Of a stretch of 64,000 bases of DNA, positions 57,917 to 64,000 are shown piece by piece. The notes under the pieces were generated by a model. The model was not told the origin of the DNA, searched no databases, and saw only the letters and a list, made by a program, of their open reading frames with translations. The stretch's first letter is position 1. Each line of letters starts with the position of its first letter. The translations under genes were made by a program, and so were the position numbers. Origin of the DNA: Bdellovibrionota bacterium (GTDB taxonomy: Bacteria > Bdellovibrionota > UBA1018 > CAIPTA01 > JAALKR01); contig CBDBMJ010000003.1 in assembly GCA_965207455.1 (NCBI GenBank), positions 160,001 through 224,000 on the forward strand. Direction: 5' to 3'.

Positions 57917-59428
57917 CTAGTATTTTTTGTTGGTTTGGTTTTTTTTGTTGGCAGCTTTATTGGCAGCTTTATTGGTGGCTTTATTGATTGCTCGCAACGC
58001 TTTCTCCACTTTTTCTTGGTCTGGATCCCAGAAGTTCACAATAGAAGAAGGCATTGCTTGGGTAAATTTTTGATTCATCTTTCGCAGTTCCTTTTTTCTC
58101 GCTCCGTTTACTATGCTTATTGTCCGATAATCTGTGCGGATTTGCAAATTTTTGATAGCTTCCTTTTCTATATCTAAGAATTCCACCTCAATATCCCAGT
58201 TATTTCTCCACAGTTTCCCTAACTTCGATTTGCTGGGAATAAAGCTGGCCACATTCTTTTCCAAAAAAACGTTCACAAATTCTTGAAATTTTTCGGAAGA
58301 AAACCGACTTGTGTTCTTTGGCGAGTTCTTTGATGGGTTCTGGGCTATCTCTTTCCATTCATTGCCGTTCACTTTTTCTAGGGTATGGGATTTTTTCCTT
58401 CCATTGCTGGAGATAAAGGAAAGGCGCGCATACATAATTTCATTTCCTTCTTGCATGATTCTTCTTTCCCGGTACTCAGGGAAGGTGCGGGAGAAATTCT
58501 TAAGCCTTGAGTGCTCCAATTCTGCTGACCAACTAAGGTCTGTGCTCTCCACCCGATAATTTTTACTGCCTTGGATAGGATACAGTTCTATTCTTTTCGT
58601 TTTTTCTTTCTCTGTAACGGATATGACGATAGCAGGAGGCCCTTGCTTTTTATTTTTATCTTCAGGCACTTCGCTCTTTGCACGAAAGGCGATGATCGAC
58701 CGCAATAAATTATTAAGTAATTCTTGATCGGCATCCACTTTTTGAGGTTGGGTGATCTGCCAAGTATTATTTTTTTTCTCCCCTGAAATGATGCCTTGTT
58801 TGCCATATTTCCATGAGATTGCCGTTACGTCTGATCTTTTTATTCCGTGGAGAATTTCTTTATTTCGCCAATGGAATTGAGTTCGATTGAGTGTGGCATG
58901 GATGTCCGCAGGAACGAGAAATATGGCCTCAGGCTTTTGTGATGCTTGGACATAACGGGTGCGCCCCAGGGGATTTTTTTCCCCCAGCCATAGTTTTTCC
59001 ACTGTAGTTGAGCCCGTCATTTGAATACGAAGCGAAATGGGAAAAGAATCAAAGCCAAACTCCTTTTCCCACTGAGGAACTTGTTTTTTTTCTAACCGCT
59101 CCACAAAAATCAAATTCCTTACGGAGTGGAGTAAGCTTGCCACATTTTTGCCTGCTGCTGGAAGAACCTTGGGCCTCACGATGTCCCATTTTTGGTTATT
59201 CGTATAATCACAGCCTTTGGGTTCTTTGCATTCTAGGCGAATAGTTCCTTTTTCTCCATTAAAGTCAATCTCCACCCAAGAAAATCGATCGTTCTTAAAT
59301 GAAAAGATACGCCTTTCCTCCCTAGCCTCTTCCGTTCGATTTTTCTTCCATACTAGGGAATCAAAAAAATACAGGCTACCCAAGATCATAAATACTATGG
59401 CTAAAATAAAGGACGTTTTTATATTCAT
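57917..59428 (-). CDS. DUF4340-domain membrane-anchored protein
   Basis: N-terminal TM, repeated WxIxxP..AD modules, LGEKNPLG; downstream of a GldG-like gene. Confidence 0.75.
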   Translation of the reverse strand: MNIKTSFILAIVFMILGSLYFFDSLVWKKNRTEEAREERRIFSFKNDRFSWVEIDFNGEKGTIRLECKEPKGCDYTNNQKWDIVRPKVLPAAGKNVASLLHSVRNLIFVERLEKKQVPQWEKEFGFDSFPISLRIQMTGSTTVEKLWLGEKNPLGRTRYVQASQKPEAIFLVPADIHATLNRTQFHWRNKEILHGIKRSDVTAISWKYGKQGIISGEKKNNTWQITQPQKVDADQELLNNLLRSIIAFRAKSEVPEDKNKKQGPPAIVISVTEKEKTKRIELYPIQGSKNYRVESTDLSWSAELEHSRLKNFSRTFPEYRERRIMQEGNEIMYARLSFISSNGRKKSHTLEKVNGNEWKEIAQNPSKNSPKNTSRFSSEKFQEFVNVFLEKNVASFIPSKSKLGKLWRNNWDIEVEFLDIEKEAIKNLQIRTDYRTISIVNGARKKELRKMNQKFTQAMPSSIVNFWDPDQEKVEKALRAINKATNKAANKAANKKNQTNKKY

Positions 59429-59443
59429 AAGTGCCTCTTTATA

Positions 59444-60922
59444 CTACCGGCTACGGGATACTTTCCAAACCCACATACCTATACTGAAAATAGCAATGGG
59501 AAGAAAAATCACAACAATCCAAAAGAAAGCTCTCGTCCAATCAGGGTTTAACTCTAAGTTAGTATCTGTGGCTCCTTTTGAGCGAATGCTAATAAAGGAG
59601 TTCTGGTCGGAAAGCCAAGCAAGGGAATTCATAAAAAGATCTTTATTAGAAGCCATACTAATAAGGCCATTCACAATAAAGGCTGTTGTGGGAAATACAA
59701 CTATTCTTGCGGGTTTTTCCTCTGGCCCTGTTTCAATAGCTAGGGCTAGGTTTCTTTGTTCTTTCTTGTCTGTTCCCTTATTGTATTGAGCTAGACCTTT
59801 TCTCAAATCATTCCAATTTTTTTCTGCCCAGGTGCTGGGGGTAGACCGGGCTAGAATGCTCACCTTAACTTTTTCCTTTTTATTTTTTATTAAGTATGTG
59901 GTCAGTGGGAAAATAAAATTAGCTACTTGTTGGAATTTCACTTCGGTACGCGCAAAGTCCTTTGTAATTAAGTGATCTTTGGAGTAGGCGGAGCCAATAA
60001 TCATTTGTCCTTGGAGTTTGGCTTGCTTACTGGCTTCGTCGATAAGAAGTTCATTGCCCACGCCCACGCCGTAGTTTGCTTTTAAAAACTTAGCCATTTG
60101 TTTTGCACCAGGGGGGAGACCAGATAATTTCACATCCACGTCCAAGCCTAAAATAAGTCGCCCTCCAGAGGCAAGCCACTTCTGAATTCGCTGAATTTCT
60201 AGGGGCAAAAATCCTGATTGGGGTCCCGTAATAATCACCACACTAGCATCTTTAGGAATATCGGACTGTAGCAGATTTAAGGTACGTACCGTATAGGCTT
60301 CTCGTTCCATTAATGTGCGTAAAAGAGAAATGCTTTCTGCCGACTTTTCATTCCCAAGGTTTCGTTCTCCGTGCCCTACTGTAAAATACACCACCTGGTC
60401 TTTATTTTTGAGCAAGCGTATAATCCCGTTGGTAAGTTTTTCTTCGGACAAGCCCGTAACCTTAACTCTTTTTTGTTTCTCGGAAGAAACAAAGGACATT
60501 ACGGTGGTGTTATATTCTGTTACACCGAGAGCTTTTGCATAAGTGGGACGTTGGTTTACCTCTATAAATTCTATCTCTAAAAGTTTTGTTTCATTGCCGT
60601 ATGCTTTAAGTATTTTTTGTGCCCGCATTTTTTTTTCAGGAAACTGCCTAGAATTTCCAAAATAAGAGAAGCGTATTTTCTGAGGCAGCTCCTTGAGAAT
60701 CTTTGCGGTCTGAGGGCTAAGGGTATTAATGCCTCTAGCGGTTATGTCCCATCGGTAGTCATGTTCCACGGCAAAATAATTAATAAAAACAAGGGAGCCT
60801 AGAACTAAAAGAATAATCAAGGAAAGGTTGGCGCCATAGCGAGTAGATTTATAGGTAAAGAAGTGCAATAAATTCTGAAGGCGGGGAAGTATTTTGAAAA
60901 ATCCTTTTGGCATATTCGTCAC
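59444..60922 (-). CDS. GldG-family ABC auxiliary protein
   Basis: RWDIT...TLSPQT, YFTVGHGER, NKDLFMNSLAWL and C-terminal TM. Confidence 0.88.
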   Translation of the reverse strand: MTNMPKGFFKILPRLQNLLHFFTYKSTRYGANLSLIILLVLGSLVFINYFAVEHDYRWDITARGINTLSPQTAKILKELPQKIRFSYFGNSRQFPEKKMRAQKILKAYGNETKLLEIEFIEVNQRPTYAKALGVTEYNTTVMSFVSSEKQKRVKVTGLSEEKLTNGIIRLLKNKDQVVYFTVGHGERNLGNEKSAESISLLRTLMEREAYTVRTLNLLQSDIPKDASVVIITGPQSGFLPLEIQRIQKWLASGGRLILGLDVDVKLSGLPPGAKQMAKFLKANYGVGVGNELLIDEASKQAKLQGQMIIGSAYSKDHLITKDFARTEVKFQQVANFIFPLTTYLIKNKKEKVKVSILARSTPSTWAEKNWNDLRKGLAQYNKGTDKKEQRNLALAIETGPEEKPARIVVFPTTAFIVNGLISMASNKDLFMNSLAWLSDQNSFISIRSKGATDTNLELNPDWTRAFFWIVVIFLPIAIFSIGMWVWKVSRSR

Positions 60923-61686
60923 TCCATGGTCCGTTCAATGTCGAAAACCGTATACGCTCCAAAAAGAGCAAGGCAGGTGAATGATACATAATAGGCTATA
61001 TCTACAATGGTTATAATTCCCTGTGAGAAGTTAAAAAAATGGGAAATGATGGAAAGGTAGTCGAAAAGTCCTCCCCAGGATGAGCCGGACTGAGAACCCC
61101 ATAGGCCCACGAGCCAAAAAAACAGGAGCGTTCCAAATGTCATCACAGCAGAGATAATTTGATTTTCCGTACAAGAACTCCAAAAAAGACCTATGGCTAT
61201 ATAGGTACTTATCACCAGCAGTACTCCTAGGTAACTTCCCAGCAGTATGCCCACATCTGGGCTAGCACCGAAGAAAAGGACGAGGGGATAAATAAATGTT
61301 CCTGCCAGCATAACGGAGATCAAACCAACCCCGGCCAAAAACTTCCCTAAAATAATATCAATGGAGCGGATGGGGGCCGCCATCAATAGGGTAAGGGTCT
61401 GTTCCTTGCGCTCCTCGGATATTAGGCGCATGGTAATAAAGGGCGCCACAAACAGTAAAATTACATTAATGTTCCCAAACATGGGTGCGATAATATGTTC
61501 TGAAATAGTGGGTTTCGGTCCTTGGCTTACTTGCATAAATTGTAACTGCGACTGCTGAAAATAACTAAGCAGATTAAAAAACACATAACCCACTAAAGCT
61601 AAAAAAACAGAAATAATAATATAAGCGATTGGGGAATAAAAATAACTCCGAAAATCTTTTTGAGCGATTAAAAGAATTTTACCCAT
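60919..61686 (-). CDS. ABC-2 permease (GldF-like)
   Basis: YFYSPIAY, PFITMRLISEE, LGKFL and TENQIISA. Confidence 0.9.
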   Translation of the reverse strand: MGKILLIAQKDFRSYFYSPIAYIIISVFLALVGYVFFNLLSYFQQSQLQFMQVSQGPKPTISEHIIAPMFGNINVILLFVAPFITMRLISEERKEQTLTLLMAAPIRSIDIILGKFLAGVGLISVMLAGTFIYPLVLFFGASPDVGILLGSYLGVLLVISTYIAIGLFWSSCTENQIISAVMTFGTLLFFWLVGLWGSQSGSSWGGLFDYLSIISHFFNFSQGIITIVDIAYYVSFTCLALFGAYTVFDIERTME

Positions 61687-61688
61687 GG

Positions 61689-62630
61689 CTACTCACCTTC
61701 CTTGGAAATTAATTTCATAAACGCACCCTCTAGACTCATTTTCTCTTGGTTTAAGCGTAAAAGATCCAGGTTGTTCTGCACACAAAGTTTGGCAATTTCT
61801 GCCCGGTGGTCCGCTTTCTTTTCATGTTCTATCACAAGGGTATGTTCTCCCTTTTCTGGATCAGATGCGTATTCCACTGCAGATACTTGGGGAAGGGCTT
61901 GGATCCGGGGAATGAGTGCTTTCGGATCATGGCGCATGCTCACCTCCAATTTTATAGTGGAGGCGATATTTCTAGATATTCCCTCCAGCGTATCCATGGC
62001 AATAATTTTTCCTTGATCGATGACCACTACCCTATCGCAAGTGAATTGCACCTCAGGCAAAATATGGGTGGACAAAATCACAGTGTGCTTTCCTTTCAAG
62101 TTACAAATTAGCTTTCGAATTTCTATAATTTGCTTAGGATCCAGGCCCACGGTTGGTTCATCTAAAATTAGTATGGGGGGGGAGTGTACAATTGCCTGAG
62201 CTAGGCCCACTCGTTGCCGGTATCCCTTGGATAGATTGCCAATAAACCGGTTTTGAACGTCTACAAGGCCGCAGCTGTCCATGGCCACATCCACTGCTTT
62301 TTGTATTTGAGGTCCGGGCACATTGTGGAGTCGAGCCGCAAACGTTAAATATGCTTTCACATCCATGGAGCTATATACTGGAGGATTTTCAGGCAGGTAT
62401 CCGATGGAGGCCTTTGCTTTTAACGGCTCTTTCCTAACATCAAAACCATTTGCTGTGGCAGTGCCACTGCCAGCACTCAAGCATCCACTTAAAATTTTCA
62501 TGGTGGTGCTTTTTCCTGCACCGTTGGGGCCCAGGAATCCTAAAATCTCTCCCTGCTCTACCCGAAAACTCACATCTTGTATGGCAAGTCTCTCGCCATA
62601 TTTTTTACATAATTTATTTACTTCAATCAC
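61689..62630 (-). CDS. ABC ATP-binding protein (GldA-like)
   Basis: GPNGAGKST, LSKGYRQRVG, LDEPT and STHILPEV; probable GTG start at 62630. Confidence 0.93.
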   Translation of the reverse strand: MIEVNKLCKKYGERLAIQDVSFRVEQGEILGFLGPNGAGKSTTMKILSGCLSAGSGTATANGFDVRKEPLKAKASIGYLPENPPVYSSMDVKAYLTFAARLHNVPGPQIQKAVDVAMDSCGLVDVQNRFIGNLSKGYRQRVGLAQAIVHSPPILILDEPTVGLDPKQIIEIRKLICNLKGKHTVILSTHILPEVQFTCDRVVVIDQGKIIAMDTLEGISRNIASTIKLEVSMRHDPKALIPRIQALPQVSAVEYASDPEKGEHTLVIEHEKKADHRAEIAKLCVQNNLDLLRLNQEKMSLEGAFMKLISKEGE

Positions 62631-62640
62631 GCATCTTTCC

Positions 62641-63288
62641 TCAAGGTCGCACGAACACAATTTCTTCCTCTGCTAGTAAGGTCATCAATTGTTCAAATGC
62701 TTTTGCCCGGTGGCTATATTTATTTTTTTCCACGGAACCCATTTCTGCAAAGTTTAGATTGGAATTCCCATTGGGAATAAAAATAGGGTCGTAGCCAAAG
62801 CCATTGGTTCCCTTCTCCTCGATAGCAATGCTCCCTTCACAACTAGCCGACGTGCTAAGGAGAACTCCCTCCACCATAAAAACAAGGGAGCAAACAAAAC
62901 GTGCTCTGCGGTTTTTGCCCGTTTTTTTACTCAGCAATTGAAGCACTTTGGTTCGATTAGCTTCGTCCTGAGATTCACCCGATTTTGGTGTGGCAAAGTG
63001 GGCAGACAGTGGTCCCGGTTTTCCGTCTAGCGCTAGGAGTTCCAGCCCTGAATCATCGGCAAATATGGGAACTTTTGCCGCTTGAAAGGCAAAGCAGCAT
63101 TTTCGCTCCGCATTCTTATTATAAGTTGCGTCAGGTTCTCTGGACTCAGCTTGCGAAAGGTGGGCTGAATTACAGACCCATTTTTTCAAGGATACTATGG
63201 ATATATTATGAGGCAGTGCTATGGTTTGAAACTCCTGGATTTTTCCTCTGTTTCCGCTGGCAATAGTTAAGTGTTCAAATCGTCGCAT
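62641..63288 (-). CDS. rdgB: RdgB/HAM1 non-canonical purine NTP pyrophosphatase
   Basis: ASGNRGK, ADDSGL, GFGYDPIF and KNKYSHR. Confidence 0.93.
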   Translation of the reverse strand: MRRFEHLTIASGNRGKIQEFQTIALPHNISIVSLKKWVCNSAHLSQAESREPDATYNKNAERKCCFAFQAAKVPIFADDSGLELLALDGKPGPLSAHFATPKSGESQDEANRTKVLQLLSKKTGKNRRARFVCSLVFMVEGVLLSTSASCEGSIAIEEKGTNGFGYDPIFIPNGNSNLNFAEMGSVEKNKYSHRAKAFEQLMTLLAEEEIVFVRP

Positions 63289-63364
63289 TTTTGGCCCTAC
63301 ACTGGGGTTTATGGTAATAACGTTGTTATGGAAAGTCAACTACACTTGTGCTAAAAAAAATTTG

Positions 63365-64000
63365 ATGGAGCAGTTGGAACATAAACATAGCCTTGCCGTA
63401 GATATGGTCGGAATCCAGGAGCGGGCAGCTCTCTTTGCAACTCGAAGTATCAAAGCGAAATCCAAGCTTCAGGCTCTCCATGCCTGCGTGCAAATGATAG
63501 ACCTTACTACGCTGGAGGGGAGTGATACTCATGGGAAGGTTCGTCAGCTTTGTGGAAAGGCTCGCAATCCTTTTCCCCAGGCCTGTGCAATGGATATGGA
63601 CTCTGAGGGGGCTTCTTCTGAGAGGGCTTCTTCTGAGAGGGCTTCTTCTGAGAGGGCTCCATCTGTGATGGTTCCATCTGTGATGGTTCCATCTGTGATG
63701 GTTCCGCCTGTGGCTGCTGTATGTGTGTATCCGTCGCTTGTTGCCCAAGCGAGGAAGTATTTAGAAAACTCTTCTGTGGCAGTTGCCTCAGTTGCCACTT
63801 CTTTTCCTTCGGGGCAGGCCCCTCTTTCCATTAAGTTACAGGATGTGGAGTATGCGGTGGGTGCTGGGGCCCAAGAGATCGACATGGTCATTCATCGAGG
63901 TGATTTCCTCAGTGGAGAGTACAACAAGGTTCGGGACGAGATTGCTGCCACGAAGGAAATTTGTGGTAAGGATGTGCACTTAAAAGTAATTTTAGAGGTG
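63365..64000 (+). CDS. deoC: Deoxyribose-phosphate aldolase (long N-terminus type); runs off the right edge (not in ORF track)
   Basis: Manual translation: MEQLEH...IDLTTLEGSDT...AAVCVYP...SVATSFPSGQ...GAQEIDMVI...HLKVILE. Confidence 0.92.
   Translation, partial: MEQLEHKHSLAVDMVGIQERAALFATRSIKAKSKLQALHACVQMIDLTTLEGSDTHGKVRQLCGKARNPFPQACAMDMDSEGASSERASSERASSERAPSVMVPSVMVPSVMVPPVAAVCVYPSLVAQARKYLENSSVAVASVATSFPSGQAPLSIKLQDVEYAVGAGAQEIDMVIHRGDFLSGEYNKVRDEIAATKEICGKDVHLKVILEV
63602..63706 (+). repeat. In-frame 15-bp tandem array (7 units) inside deoC
   Basis: TCTGAGAGGGCTTCT-type x4 grading into TCTGTGATGGTTCCA-type x3. Confidence 0.95.

Noticed and set aside
57917..62630. Gld-like ABC/DUF4340 cluster as a novel system
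   Set aside because: This is a familiar, widespread four-gene arrangement.
63326..63891. Minus-strand ORFs with RWNHH/SPLRR/EPSQ repeats (protamine-like)
   Set aside because: They are antisense shadows of the 15-bp array in deoC, whose plus-strand frame has clear aldolase motifs.

Overview
The window is bacterial chromosomal DNA. Gene content and order suggest a Bdellovibrionota-like (deltaproteobacterial) lineage: ffs-dnaX-ybaB-recR-mglA with no mglB, a Gld-type ABC/DUF4340 cluster, many secreted subtilisins, and RCC1/DUF285 surface-protein relics. This taxonomy is inference. The backbone is housekeeping: ETF plus a FadF-like Fe-S protein, amgK-murU, mtnA-mtnP, HU/IHF, DksA-like, rlmD, LplT-Aas, relA/spoT-gmk-yicC-accA, tldD/E, rdgB and deoC. 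Accessory patches: (1) 7.1-15.4 kb, an amplified module of four paralogous ~200-aa secreted beta-rich proteins, three of them head-to-head with a secreted protease (two S8-CUB subtilisins, one M48). It has a shared leader, palindrome and hairpin, a 323-bp perfect-identity tract, and an internally deleted IS3-family element with intact ends and a 4-bp target duplication. (2) 41.0-44.5 kb, a tandem pair of subtilisins, each with two Cys-bracketed CxxPGxPFPPGC loops. (3) 35.5-37.3 kb, a promoter-plus-gene unit bracketed by a 33/34-bp palindromic direct repeat among gene relics. Also notable are a membrane-tethered ECF-sigma-like fusion, several apparent pseudo-enzymes and an in-frame 15-bp repeat array inside deoC. 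I found no CRISPR array, rRNA, tRNA, intact transposase, integrase or reverse transcriptase. All calls come from reading motifs by eye; no searches were run.
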